64,000 nt of DNA from Candidatus Moranbacteria bacterium GW2011_GWC2_40_12. GTDB taxonomy: Bacteria > Patescibacteriota > Minisyncoccia > Moranbacterales > UBA11712. The stretch covers positions 12,923 to 76,922 of the forward strand of contig LBYD01000001.1 of NCBI GenBank assembly GCA_000995965.1, in the 5' to 3' direction. The notes beneath the pieces are model-generated. The model did not search any database and was not told where the DNA came from. It saw nothing but the letters and a program-made list of their open reading frames with translations. The position numbers and the translations under genes are program-made. This document shows, one piece after another, positions 49,675 through 60,148 of the stretch (position 1 is its first letter; every line of letters begins with the position of its first letter).

Positions 49675-50610
49675 TTACTTTATTCTCTTTATTGTTTGAA
49701 CGGTAAAAGTGGGTTTGTCCTTTGTCTCCTCTAATATCATTGTCAGATACTTTCCCAGAATAGTCAGAATAAGAAACAATCCTGAAAAACCAAAGGAAAG
49801 AAACAGCATTGTTGTTGTCCATCCTGTCACGACAATTGATTTTTCCGTGAGGTAGATTACAACAGCGTAAATTCCAATCAGCACAGAGAATATAAAAAAT
49901 AACACTGACAACAAAAGTGTTAGCTTGAGACCAATTCCTGAAAAAGAGAGAAGCACCTCAACGGCGAGTTCAATTTTTTCTCCGAAAGTCCTGTCCGACC
50001 TTATTTTTTTTGTAGGAGTAAAATAGATTGTGGCCGTTGGAAAGCCAGAACGCCTGTAAATGATTTTCCTATAACGATTTTTTTCTTTTGATTTTAGTAT
50101 TGTGTTTAGAGCCCTTCTGGTGATTAGCTTGAAAGACTCAGTCTCAAGATTCAATTTTTGATAAGAAAAACTGTTCAGCATTTTGTAAAATATTGCCGAG
50201 GTAAAATTGAGTTTTCTGTCAGGGGAAGCAAAAACTATATCATAACCAGTCCCACTTTTTTCATATGCATTCCAGAGTGTCTCAATCGGGTATTCCAAAC
50301 CGATAGATTCAATTTCGTATATGAAATCCCCAATCGCCATTTCTGTCCCTGCGAGCATGGCTAATTCGCTATTGTGCTTCCAAGCAGTGCTGATAACCGT
50401 GACTTTGCCGCAAAATTTTTCTTTGCTTGCGACTATAACATCAAGAGTCTTGTCCGAGCTTGCGTCATTAACAAGTATAATTTCAAATGACTCGAATCTT
50501 TCAGAAAGGAAGCCATATATTTTTTCTAGGAATTTGATTATTGTTCTTTCGGCATTATGCACATAAACTACGGCCGAGATGAAAGTTTTCTCTTTTGTTG
50601 AAATAATCAT
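49675..50610 (-). CDS. GtrB-like GT2 with two C-terminal TMs
   Basis: VNDASSD, GWTT, LGKYL; DxD motif appears degenerate (EIE). Confidence 0.8.
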   Translation of the reverse strand: MIISTKEKTFISAVVYVHNAERTIIKFLEKIYGFLSERFESFEIILVNDASSDKTLDVIVASKEKFCGKVTVISTAWKHNSELAMLAGTEMAIGDFIYEIESIGLEYPIETLWNAYEKSGTGYDIVFASPDRKLNFTSAIFYKMLNSFSYQKLNLETESFKLITRRALNTILKSKEKNRYRKIIYRRSGFPTATIYFTPTKKIRSDRTFGEKIELAVEVLLSFSGIGLKLTLLLSVLFFIFSVLIGIYAVVIYLTEKSIVVTGWTTTMLFLSFGFSGLFLILTILGKYLTMILEETKDKPTFTVQTIKRIK

Positions 50611-51734
50611 TGTAATATTGGGTCCAAGTCATATATCGTGTTTATCTTTCCAGACAACACAGATATAAAAGTCGGATTATTAGAAAATTGGCGGATAACG
50701 GTTGGCCTTGAATCATCCAGTTCTGACATTTTTAGAATTGGCTTTATGGCGAAATAAGAATCTTTATATTTTATTTTAACTTCTTCATTTAAGTATTTCT
50801 TTGCAAGCTGATTCATATAGCAATAAGCCGATTTTGGCCGAGCTGGGCAGTTATTGCAATTCTCGAGTTTTTTAGGTGTGCATTTTGGATTTTTATTTTG
50901 ACAGGTAAAAACTGGGAGTTCTTTCTGGGAGTCAAGATGCGGTGTGAATTCAACAGCGGTTAGGGAATGGGTTTTTGTGAGCCCAAAGGGCATTACTGAG
51001 AAAAACGGACCATCCATAACCGTAATGCCCATGTCTTTTAGGCTGTTGGAAACTTCGCATGTAATGATTTCGCAAATTTCATATTTGATCTTAAATTTTT
51101 CAAAACCGAATAAATCTATAATCTGATTAACCCCTGAATATGTAGCGTTTATAACAAATCCGCTGGTGAAAATTCCTTTTTCGCTGTTGAGTTCCAGCTC
51201 ATATTTATCTTGTTTCTTTTCAACCGCAACAGGGTGTGTATTATAGAAAATTGTGACATTCACATGCTTTTTTAACTCGGTTATAAAGTAATCCCTTATT
51301 TTATCTGCATCGAAAGAAAATTCCTTGGTTTCGTAGGTCTTTGCAATGGTGTCGTAATTTAAAATATTGTTTAATTTTATTTCATTGCAAGGAATTTTAG
51401 CGTTCTCGCAAAATTTTTCGAATTGTATCCCATCGGTAAATGAGAAATTTTTTGCGATAGCATATACTTTCTTGAAAGAAGAATTAATAGCAAAATCAAA
51501 ATCTTTATTGAATTTGTCGAAATATGACGCTGATTTCAAAGCCGTTGAAAGACTTCTTGGGTAATGATAACCATTATGAACGCGTGCCTGGTTTATGAAA
51601 CTAGCTCGCTTGAATGAAGCACTGTCGTGTTCGAGAACGGCAATCTTATAATTTTTCTTGCCAAGTTGGAGAGCAGAATATAGGCCGAATATTCCTGCCC
51701 CAATAATCATATAATCAAAATTTTCCCGTCTCAT
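50607..51734 (-). CDS. FAD-dependent oxidoreductase
   Basis: IIGAGIFG, NQARVHNGYHYPRS, MDGPF. Confidence 0.88.
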   Translation of the reverse strand: MRRENFDYMIIGAGIFGLYSALQLGKKNYKIAVLEHDSASFKRASFINQARVHNGYHYPRSLSTALKSASYFDKFNKDFDFAINSSFKKVYAIAKNFSFTDGIQFEKFCENAKIPCNEIKLNNILNYDTIAKTYETKEFSFDADKIRDYFITELKKHVNVTIFYNTHPVAVEKKQDKYELELNSEKGIFTSGFVINATYSGVNQIIDLFGFEKFKIKYEICEIITCEVSNSLKDMGITVMDGPFFSVMPFGLTKTHSLTAVEFTPHLDSQKELPVFTCQNKNPKCTPKKLENCNNCPARPKSAYCYMNQLAKKYLNEEVKIKYKDSYFAIKPILKMSELDDSRPTVIRQFSNNPTFISVLSGKINTIYDLDPILQ

Positions 51735-51742
51735 ATAGTTGC

Positions 51743-52525
51743 TTATGGATTATACCAATGCAATGCCAGTTTAAACAGAATCTGGATTAGTTTCAAATTC
51801 CCTTTGATCGGACTTATTTTTGTGGGGATATTTCCTTTCTCCGGGTATCTTCTTTCAACCGGTATTTCTTTTACCTTGAATCTAAGCTGAGGAGCCCTGG
51901 CAGAAAGATATGCTAATAATTCGTAAGTTTCAAATATATTCCTGAAGGGAAGAACTCTCTTATCCATCAGGAATTTTTTTGAATAAGCGCGGTATCCATT
52001 TGTTGTGTCAGTGTAATGAAAACCTGAAAGAAGTGATATAAACGGAGCATGTATCAGCTTTATTGCAAGAAGCCTAAAGGTCGGTGTGTTAATTGCCTTC
52101 CCGCCGGGAATGAATCTCGACCCCTGGACAAGATCATATCCGATTTCCAGCTCCCTGATGAAAGAGGGGATAGCGCTCGAATTGTCTTTGTTGTTTCCAT
52201 CAATAGTGATAATTCCATTATATCCTTCGCGAAGGGCATAGGAATATCCCATTCTTAATTGCGCGCTTAGCTTCCCTGGTCCTGTTTTGACCAGAAGAGA
52301 ACGAACATTATTTTTTTTTAGAAAATCGAGATCAGTCGAACCATCAGTGCTGCCTCCATCGCAAATAATTATGTCAGCTAAGTGGGATAATTTTGCAACT
52401 TCAACTAATTGCTTTTTGAATTTTTGTCCCTCGTTAATAATCGGAATACAGATACAATAATTTTTTTTCTTCGGATGCAGTTCAAATTTTTTGAAGGCAG
52501 GAATTTGCCAAGGCTGGTCAGTCAT
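51743..52525 (-). CDS. Polyprenyl-phosphate glycosyltransferase (GT2)
   Basis: IPIINE, DGGSTD, IDGNNKD, GSRF, DTTNG. Confidence 0.88.
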   Translation of the reverse strand: MTDQPWQIPAFKKFELHPKKKNYCICIPIINEGQKFKKQLVEVAKLSHLADIIICDGGSTDGSTDLDFLKKNNVRSLLVKTGPGKLSAQLRMGYSYALREGYNGIITIDGNNKDNSSAIPSFIRELEIGYDLVQGSRFIPGGKAINTPTFRLLAIKLIHAPFISLLSGFHYTDTTNGYRAYSKKFLMDKRVLPFRNIFETYELLAYLSARAPQLRFKVKEIPVERRYPEKGNIPTKISPIKGNLKLIQILFKLALHWYNP

Positions 52526-53342
52526 TGTATATATTGCCTATGAAATTTAATGTTTCTTGGATGTTCTTTATGTTGGAAATTTCAGGTTCGCCACCTTTCA
52601 TTTCAACAGAAAGAGCAGATGAGTAGCCATACTTATGCAGTAATTCTTTGATTTTTTTATGCTTATCTTTATTGTTATCTATTTTTTTCAGAAATGGCTC
52701 GCTGATATGAAAATGGCCCGCGTGCGGAATAGCGGTTCGAAGAGCTGTTTCAATGTCTTCTCCGTTGGCAGTTATTGTTCCAAGATCTATATTCAATTTG
52801 AATCCAGGGTGATTTACATTTTTTACCAACTCAATTGCTTCACCAGTTGTAAGAATAAAATCCCCCCCATATATTTTTGGGTTTGGCTCTATGCAAAAGC
52901 AAGTATTATTTTCGAAAGCAAACCTTCCAAGCTCCCCAAAAAATGTTAATGCAATGTTGTGAGCCTCCTCTTTTTCCATATCACCAATTATTCTATTTTT
53001 GGGCGATCCAAAAACCAGTGCTTTGGCATCAAATTTTCCTGCCAAGATTATATTTTTTTTGAGATATTCCATTGTGTCATTTCTTGTTTTTTCATCCTGA
53101 AAAATTGCAAATTCAGGATGTCCGAATAAAAGAGACTGAAATCCCACGACGGTTATGCCTTTTTCGCCGAGTAACTCCAAAAAAATGTTAATGGTTTTAT
53201 CATCTTGTTCATATGGATTTTCCCATGTCCGGGAAGGAGCGATTTCCAGTCCAAATACTCCATTTTTTTTCATTAAAGAATAGACTTCTCCATCTTCATC
53301 CTTTCTCCAAGCAATGTTTGATATCGCTATCTTATAATGCAT
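52518..53342 (-). CDS. Sugar phosphate isomerase/epimerase (TIM barrel)
   Basis: AISNIAW, EIAP, VFGSPKNR, IEPNP, HFHISEP, SVEM. Confidence 0.85.
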   Translation of the reverse strand: MHYKIAISNIAWRKDEDGEVYSLMKKNGVFGLEIAPSRTWENPYEQDDKTINIFLELLGEKGITVVGFQSLLFGHPEFAIFQDEKTRNDTMEYLKKNIILAGKFDAKALVFGSPKNRIIGDMEKEEAHNIALTFFGELGRFAFENNTCFCIEPNPKIYGGDFILTTGEAIELVKNVNHPGFKLNIDLGTITANGEDIETALRTAIPHAGHFHISEPFLKKIDNNKDKHKKIKELLHKYGYSSALSVEMKGGEPEISNIKNIQETLNFIGNIYND

Positions 53343-54096
53343 AGTTTTCGATAAAATCTTTTAGTTGTCTAATTATTTCTTTTTTGTCATATAAATAGTT
53401 ACCCTTTTTTCCATAAAAAGAAGCATATTTCGTGTGCATGTCATAAGAAGCGGGCGGATTTGGGGTAATATTCATAAAATCTACATTGAAGCATCCTTGG
53501 CATATTTCCGCAACGCTCAATGGTTCTGTAGCAAAATTTATCAGTGAAATTGAATTTTGCAAGGCGATTTCAATATCTTTCCAAATATCATCAAGACAGT
53601 AGAACTGAAAAACACTGTCCCTGTGAGTGAATTCTGATTTTTTGCTATTAAGCATATCGAAGACAAAATTTTTCTTCAAGCCCTTTCCGAATAATCCGGG
53701 CAATCTTATGATTAAATGCTTCACGAAATTTTTTCGAATAAAATTTTCCAAATAAAATCGATGTTTTCCATAAGCATGGTTTTGTTCAGGATCAATAATC
53801 GTTTCTTCGTCTACACCTTTCGGATTTTCATATACATCCACAGTTGAAATCAATACGACTTGTTTTGCTTTTATTGATGATATTGTGCTAATTAAATTCT
53901 GAATTTTTCGGAGGTCTTTCTCCGGATTCTGATTGGCTTTCCATTTTTCAGCCGATGGAGCTGCGATAACCAGCAAGTCGAAATATCGTCCTTCGATATC
54001 CGAAATATTCGTAGTATTAAAAGAATAATCAAAATTAGATTGGGCGATAATATTACCACCGACGAATCCAGTATAGCCAATAATTGCTTTTTTCAT
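53332..54096 (-). CDS. NAD-dependent epimerase/dehydratase
   Basis: IGYTGFVG, ISTVDVY, YGKHR, RLPGLFG. Confidence 0.85.
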   Translation of the reverse strand: MKKAIIGYTGFVGGNIIAQSNFDYSFNTTNISDIEGRYFDLLVIAAPSAEKWKANQNPEKDLRKIQNLISTISSIKAKQVVLISTVDVYENPKGVDEETIIDPEQNHAYGKHRFYLENFIRKNFVKHLIIRLPGLFGKGLKKNFVFDMLNSKKSEFTHRDSVFQFYCLDDIWKDIEIALQNSISLINFATEPLSVAEICQGCFNVDFMNITPNPPASYDMHTKYASFYGKKGNYLYDKKEIIRQLKDFIENYAL

Positions 54097-54124
54097 ATAA
54101 TTTTTTTCTTATGGATACGATGGG

Positions 54125-55429
54125 TTAAAATAACTTTTTTATTTTAAAGACTTTCGGAATTAGCTTGCTGATAAGCTCTTCGTCTGGATAAAGGGCAAAA
54201 ATCCTGAAACATTTTTTATATTTGCTCGGAGGTGATGTCTTGTAACAATCCAAAGCCTCCTGCTTTCCGATTGTTACCATTTTTGTATAGCTTCTTATGG
54301 GAGAAGTCAAGAATACCACATTATAGGTGAGGAAAAATATCAGAGCTAATTTAAGATAAACTCCTCTTTTGTATTGGGAAAAAATAAAAAAAATGCCGAT
54401 CGGGATAAGAAGGGCAAAGGTTACATATCGCGAAGCAAGAGCTTGAGCTGCACCAAGTGAAGACCGGCCGACTGTTATGATGGAAATAAAGGCAAGAGCG
54501 AAAGCTATTGAAGATGCTCCAACTACGAGATTCATGTGCCATTTTTTTTTAATAAATATTTCATATAAAGCAATCGCTAAAATAAAAAGAGTGATTATTA
54601 GAAGAAAATAGCTAATTAAGGAGTATTCCTTTGGATATAAAAATCCGTTGCTTACTGCTAATGAAAAATACTCGATTGATTTTTTTGAAACGCCAGGGAA
54701 CGACGCAGGTTGAAAGATTCTTTTGTAGTTTATAAAATATGATCCGATGATGGAAATATTCAAAAAAACAAAAAACAACAAATTACCGATCTTCCCGCTC
54801 TTTTTTCTGAAAAAATCATAAGCGATGTGTCCTATTGTGATGACAGGAAGAATCAGCCCATGAAAACTTGAATACGCGCTCATTAGGGAAAGCGTTGAAA
54901 AGGCAGCATTTCTTTTTTTTGTATTTTTGATCCTAAGCACTGCAAGCCAGAGGCAGAAAAAAAACAGGGGAAGAATAAAAGAAATTTGAAATCCCCAGTC
55001 GATATTTTCAAATTGGAAAATATTCAGAAATAGCAAGGGGATTATCAGGTCCAGAATTTCTATTTTTTTACTTATTGACCTTTTTAGAAATAAAATGACA
55101 AGCGAGGAAGAAATCATCAGTAAAGACACAAATTTTATTTCCAAAATTTGGCTCCAATGAGAAATTATTGCAAGGAACTTGATTATAATCAAGCCGACTC
55201 CAATTCGATGTTCATTATGTTGGTATTGAAATAATTCCCACAAGCTTGCTTTTTTGGCCAATATTTCCACTATACTCCACTGATCCCAAAAAGGCACGTC
55301 AACTGCGTTCCTACCGACAAAGAAAACAAAATTGTATAGTATGAGCAAAAATCCCGCCGAAAAAACAACGAATTTTATTTTTTTAGAATTTTCTTCCTGT
55401 TTCATTTTTTGGATCAGGGTGCTTAGCAT
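54125..55429 (-). CDS. Polytopic membrane protein (putative GT-C transferase)
   Basis: DVPFWDQW, QHNEHRI, ~11 TM, SRY. Confidence 0.75.
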   Translation of the reverse strand: MLSTLIQKMKQEENSKKIKFVVFSAGFLLILYNFVFFVGRNAVDVPFWDQWSIVEILAKKASLWELFQYQHNEHRIGVGLIIIKFLAIISHWSQILEIKFVSLLMISSSLVILFLKRSISKKIEILDLIIPLLFLNIFQFENIDWGFQISFILPLFFFCLWLAVLRIKNTKKRNAAFSTLSLMSAYSSFHGLILPVITIGHIAYDFFRKKSGKIGNLLFFVFLNISIIGSYFINYKRIFQPASFPGVSKKSIEYFSLAVSNGFLYPKEYSLISYFLLIITLFILAIALYEIFIKKKWHMNLVVGASSIAFALAFISIITVGRSSLGAAQALASRYVTFALLIPIGIFFIFSQYKRGVYLKLALIFFLTYNVVFLTSPIRSYTKMVTIGKQEALDCYKTSPPSKYKKCFRIFALYPDEELISKLIPKVFKIKKLF

Positions 55430-55439
55430 TTTTCTGGTT

Positions 55440-56183
55440 TCATATTTTAGGTGTCTTCCGATAATCTCCCCGCGAAAGCCATTTTTCAAGGAGGCAATAA
55501 AGGATAATAAAAAAATACCGGCTGCCCATTTCTTTGATCTTGAGTTTGGATTCTCCTTCTTTCCGATTCGTCCAGTGGTTGGGGACGACGGTGTAGGAAT
55601 ATCCGCGGACGATGGCTTTGAGAGGCAGTTCTGCCAATATATTGAAATGATGGCTCAAAAATGGTTTGAGGCCATCTATCGTTTCCCTTGAATACAACTT
55701 AAACGCGTTCGTGACATCATTGTATTTTATTCCGAACAGTATTCGAATAGCAGTATTGGCGAGTCGGTTCAGCACGTATTTGAATTTCGGGTAGTCAATC
55801 GTTTTTCCGCCCTTGATGAAGCGCGAACCGAATACACAATCGAAACCTTCTTCGAACTTCCGAAAATATCGGACGAGATCTTCGGGACGGTCGGAAATGT
55901 CGGCCATCACAATCGCCACGCAATCACCCTGGTAATTTGCGAGCCCCTTTCGGATGGCGAAACCAATTCCGTTGGGCGGGATGTTATTCACATAACGAAT
56001 TTGATGATTTTCCGCCGACAATTTTTGGAGTATTTCTTCGGTGCTGTCCCGACTGTTGTCATTCACGATCAGAATTTCGTTATCTATATGCTCTTTTTCG
56101 AGCTCATCATGAAAAGCGCGGACCGTATCTTCAATCTGGCCTTCCTCGTTGTGAGCAGGGATGACAACGGATAATTTGGGCAT
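55440..56183 (-). CDS. Polyprenyl-phosphate glycosyltransferase (GT2)
   Basis: VVIPAHNEE, NDNS.D, MAD, FGSRF. Confidence 0.9.
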   Translation of the reverse strand: MPKLSVVIPAHNEEGQIEDTVRAFHDELEKEHIDNEILIVNDNSRDSTEEILQKLSAENHQIRYVNNIPPNGIGFAIRKGLANYQGDCVAIVMADISDRPEDLVRYFRKFEEGFDCVFGSRFIKGGKTIDYPKFKYVLNRLANTAIRILFGIKYNDVTNAFKLYSRETIDGLKPFLSHHFNILAELPLKAIVRGYSYTVVPNHWTNRKEGESKLKIKEMGSRYFFIILYCLLEKWLSRGDYRKTPKI

Positions 56184-56190
56184 TATAATT

Positions 56191-57261
56191 TTAGGATAAA
56201 ATTGGTTTTAGCAGCTCCTTGTTTTCGTTTATCCAATCGGCGATGTCTTTGATTGTTTCCTCGGCGTTTTTTTTCGGTTTCCAGCCGGTGAGCTTTTTTA
56301 TTTTTGTCGAATCAGTGATGAACATTTTTAGATCCGCCGGGCGATTATCTTTCACCGAATCAATTTCAATTTTGTTTCCCGTCACTTTTTCGCAAATTTC
56401 GGTGAGTTCCTTGAGAGACACGCTGCTTTCGAGACCCCCGCCGATATTCCAGATATTTCCGTTGAATTTTTCAATGTCGTTGAGTTGAATGTCGAGAATA
56501 TCAAAAAGATCATCAATATGGATGAAGTCCCGGACTTGTTTTCCTTCTCCGCCGTAGCCTATATACGATAATTTTCCGCTGAAAATATGCCGCGCGACCC
56601 AAAGGACAAAAACCCCCTGATCAACTTTTCCCATCTGCCAGGGGCCGGTGATGACGCCGCAGCGGTTGATGATTCCCTTTATTCCATAGTTATAAATATA
56701 TTCCTGAAGCAGAAGTTCTGAGCAAAGTTTGGAGGTTCCATAGAGCGAGCGGGCGCCTTCGAGAGGAAAATTTTCGGCAATCCCTTCTTTTGAAGCGCCG
56801 ATTGTGGCTTGTTTGTCGGCCAGATTGAATCTTTTTTCTTCCTCGACGTATACCAGATTATTTATCGGATCGATCGGATAGACCCGGCTGGTCGAAAGAA
56901 AGACGAAAGCCGCCCTGTTTTGGCGGGCGAATTCAAGGCAGTTGATTGTGCCGACAAGATTGGTGTTGATGAGATAAGACGGCGAAGATGTGATTCCGGC
57001 CAAAACTGAAGGCTCGGCCGAGCATTCAAGAATCAGGTCATTTTTCCCGATTTCCTCAAAATCTTCTTTGTTTCGGATATCACCGTGAACAAAATTCACT
57101 CCCGCGGCTTTGAGACGGGGAATGTTCAGCTCCGAACCGCGGCGCTTGAGATTGTCCATGCAAAAAATTTCAGCGCCTCTGTATTTCGCTTTCAGCTTCA
57201 AAGCTAAATTTGATCCGACGAAACCTGCTCCGCCGGTGATTAAAATATTTTTATAATCCAT
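56191..57261 (-). CDS. NDP-sugar epimerase (RfbE/tyvelose epimerase-like)
   Basis: TGGAGFVG, STSRVY, YGTSK, GKQVRD. Confidence 0.88.
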   Translation of the reverse strand: MDYKNILITGGAGFVGSNLALKLKAKYRGAEIFCMDNLKRRGSELNIPRLKAAGVNFVHGDIRNKEDFEEIGKNDLILECSAEPSVLAGITSSPSYLINTNLVGTINCLEFARQNRAAFVFLSTSRVYPIDPINNLVYVEEEKRFNLADKQATIGASKEGIAENFPLEGARSLYGTSKLCSELLLQEYIYNYGIKGIINRCGVITGPWQMGKVDQGVFVLWVARHIFSGKLSYIGYGGEGKQVRDFIHIDDLFDILDIQLNDIEKFNGNIWNIGGGLESSVSLKELTEICEKVTGNKIEIDSVKDNRPADLKMFITDSTKIKKLTGWKPKKNAEETIKDIADWINENKELLKPILS

Positions 57262-57264
57262 TTC

Positions 57265-58314
57265 TTAAAAGTGGCCGCTTTCGCAAATTTCTTTCAGGAT
57301 ATCGTCAATTCCATATTTGAAATCCCAATCGGGATAATGCTTTTTGAATTTCGAAACGTCGCTGATATACCAGATATGGTCGCCGACGCGGTTGGTTTCA
57401 TTATACTCCGTAACGGCTTTTTTTCCAAGGATATTTTCCAGTTTTTCGATGGCTTCGAGCATCGAAATATTGGAGTGCCGTGCGCCACCGGCGTTATAAA
57501 CTTCGCCCTGCCGCGGATTTTGGTAAAAATGCCAAAACATATTGACGAGGTCGAAACTGTGGATATTGTCGCGGACTTGTTTTCCCTTGTAGCCAAAAAT
57601 CGTGTATTTTTGTCCCGTCGCGACGCATTTGGCGAGATAGGCGAGGAAGCCGTGAAGCTGGGCGCCGCTGTGCTGGGGGCCGGTGAGGCAACCTCCGCGG
57701 AAAGTTCCGGTCTTGAGGCCGAAATAGCGTCCGTATTCCTGGACCATGATGTCGGCCGCAACTTTCGAGGCGCCGAAAACACTGTGTTTTGACTGGTCGA
57801 TCGACATAAATTCATCGATTCCGTTCCAATAGGGGTGCCCTTTTTCAATTTCCCACCTTTTTTCGAGTTCGACGAGCGGCAGTTCATTGGGCTTGTCGCC
57901 ATAGACTTTGTTGGTTGAGGTGAAAATGAAAACGGCTTCCGGGCAGTGCTTACGGAAAGCTTCCAGGAGATTCAAGGTCCCGTTGGCGTTCACGGTGAAA
58001 TCAGTGATCGGCTCCTTGGCGGCCCAGTCATGGGAAGGCTGGGCGGCGGTATGGATGATGAGATCAAATTTGATTTCCTCGAAAATCTTTTCGATCGTCT
58101 TTTCGTTGCGGATATCGAGATCGATCGGGATGAAATTCGAGTATTTTTCCTTGAGCAGGTTATTGTTCCACTTGGTGCTGGCTTCTTCGCCGAAAAAATA
58201 GCTGCGCATGTCGTTGTCGATGCCCACAACCAAAAATTCTTTTTCAGCGAAAAATCTCACCGATTCGGACCCAATCAGCCCTCCTGATCCGGTAATCAAG
58301 ACTCTTTTTTTCAT
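57265..58314 (-). CDS. NDP-sugar epimerase (RfbE-like; FxxxK in place of YxxxK)
   Basis: [33 protein letters not shown]. Confidence 0.88.
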   Translation of the reverse strand: MKKRVLITGSGGLIGSESVRFFAEKEFLVVGIDNDMRSYFFGEEASTKWNNNLLKEKYSNFIPIDLDIRNEKTIEKIFEEIKFDLIIHTAAQPSHDWAAKEPITDFTVNANGTLNLLEAFRKHCPEAVFIFTSTNKVYGDKPNELPLVELEKRWEIEKGHPYWNGIDEFMSIDQSKHSVFGASKVAADIMVQEYGRYFGLKTGTFRGGCLTGPQHSGAQLHGFLAYLAKCVATGQKYTIFGYKGKQVRDNIHSFDLVNMFWHFYQNPRQGEVYNAGGARHSNISMLEAIEKLENILGKKAVTEYNETNRVGDHIWYISDVSKFKKHYPDWDFKYGIDDILKEICESGHF

Positions 58315-58482
58315 TTTGCGTTTGATTTAGGTTTGTTAGGTGCTTCCAAAAAGAAATACAGCCTCCTAATGCTGCTCATCAAAGTATAGCTCTTTTGGCC
58401 CAAAAAAATCAAGCTTTTGGCTTGAAAATTGGCGAGCGGCCCGGATTCGCGTTTCGCGAATGGGCCGCTCGGGAGTTCGGGA

Positions 58483-59619
58483 TCATTTTCCAAAAACTTC
58501 TTGAAGTTGCAGGAGAGCATCTAAGTCATCGTGATACCCTCCCGGGTAGAGATGTCCTCCATCGATTTCAACGGCGTACCAGATATTTCCGCCTCTTTTC
58601 TCGTCCAGCTCTTGCATAAGCCGGAGGATGAGGGGCCAGGGCATAATGGGGTCATTCCACCGGATCGGCGGAGTGATGTGGCGCAGAGGATCCTCCACCT
58701 GGGCGACGTGGAAGGTAATGGGACCCATGACGTCACGCAGGCAGTGAAATTGAGCCTCCCAAGTCCAGAGGTCGGGGTTATGAGAACCGCTTGGCATGAA
58801 GGGCGGGAATATCAGCTGATGTCCCAACCCTTGTTGCTGCTCCTCGAGGTACCTAATTTGCTCGCCCACAGTTGTCAATTTCCGATATATGGATAAAGGA
58901 TGCATATCCTTTCCCTGAAGACAAGCCAGTGCCATCCCGAGGTGCTGGAGGTCGGCCGTGACGCCCCAGCCGTATGATAGGCCATTAATCATCTCTGAAA
59001 ACAGCCGGTTGCCGGAATGGAGCAAATTGGCCTGTTGGTCAGAGGTCGTCGGCTCGTTTTCAATGGAAATACCGACTGGGGATAATTTTCCAAATTCTCC
59101 TCCTCTGAAAACTAAATCTCTAAATTCTTTGCGTCGCTGTATTTCCCATTCCCAAAGTTTGTTTTGGATGTAGAGGGCGGACTGGAGACGTCTGTTCCAG
59201 TCTTGTTCAAAGAAAAACCGGGGCCAAGTCAGCATAGGATGATAGGAAATGTCGACCTGTAACCCAGTCTTTTCATGGAGATAATGCAACGCTTTCAAAA
59301 TGCTGAGAGCATAGCAGTAGCGGTCAGCGTCCAGAAAGGTCGTAGCTGCCACGTCAACATTTATGTTATTCTCCTTGGTCGTTATCAGCGGCCAGCAGTT
59401 GAGCGCCACAGAGACGCGCTTCAGGAACGGAAATTTTTCCGCGAGCGCAAAGAGCCGCTCGTGGAAGGTGAGGAGGTTTTTCGGCAGCATGTCGGTGGCC
59501 AGACTGATAATCTGGACTCCCTCGATGTTTTCCACGCCGTTGGTGATCAGCCACTCGATTTTTGAGGGCTTGCCAATTCCCATTAGGCTATCGTAGTCGC
59601 CCAAAACCAGTTTCCGCAC
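58483..59619 (-). CDS. Divergent xylose-isomerase-like TIM-barrel protein
   Basis: AAGGAGG SD; ISIENEP, TADLQH, TFHV, AVEI pattern; upstream TTGACT-N17-TATATT. Confidence 0.65.
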   Translation of the reverse strand: MRKLVLGDYDSLMGIGKPSKIEWLITNGVENIEGVQIISLATDMLPKNLLTFHERLFALAEKFPFLKRVSVALNCWPLITTKENNINVDVAATTFLDADRYCYALSILKALHYLHEKTGLQVDISYHPMLTWPRFFFEQDWNRRLQSALYIQNKLWEWEIQRRKEFRDLVFRGGEFGKLSPVGISIENEPTTSDQQANLLHSGNRLFSEMINGLSYGWGVTADLQHLGMALACLQGKDMHPLSIYRKLTTVGEQIRYLEEQQQGLGHQLIFPPFMPSGSHNPDLWTWEAQFHCLRDVMGPITFHVAQVEDPLRHITPPIRWNDPIMPWPLILRLMQELDEKRGGNIWYAVEIDGGHLYPGGYHDDLDALLQLQEVFGK

Positions 59620-59790
59620 GGCTCATTCCTCCCTTTTATTTTTTAAAGTTAAAGCGGCCAAATAAGCCACTTTCCGGTGTCTTTTTAGACTTTTCAATAT
59701 ACAGAAGGTTTGCTAATAAGTCAAGTATTTTCGCAGAAAAAAACCCTTGCTTAAGGGCTTGTAATCCGTTTTTATTTAGGTTTAAAGTTT

Positions 59791-60138
59791 CTATTTCACT
59801 GAAACCAGCGAAACTCCAAGCATTATGAGAAATATTCCGGCAAGATTCACCGCGCTCAATTTTTCCCCGAAAAGAAAGTAGGCTCCGATAGCAGTAAGAA
59901 TATATGTTATGCTCAAAAGAGGATAAGCAACTGAAAGTTTCATTGATGTCAGAATCTGAGTCCAAGTCAGGGTTCCAACAGCGAAAAAAGAAATGGCCGC
60001 GTAGAACCAGGGATTATAAAAATATTTTGAAACAAGACTCCAATCGCTGTGTTGGTTCAAGAAAACCGCCGCCTGCTTGAAAAAAAGCTGGCCGATAGTC
60101 ATCAAAACCATATTTACTGCGAGAAGAAGATAAGGCAT
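59791..60138 (-). CDS. EamA/SMR-like 4-TM protein (ArnE/F-like flippase candidate)
   Basis: GQLFFK, LSVAYP, FGE, G..LI..GV. Confidence 0.85.
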   Translation of the reverse strand: MPYLLLAVNMVLMTIGQLFFKQAAVFLNQHSDWSLVSKYFYNPWFYAAISFFAVGTLTWTQILTSMKLSVAYPLLSITYILTAIGAYFLFGEKLSAVNLAGIFLIMLGVSLVSVK

Positions 60139-60148
60139 AGAAATTATT

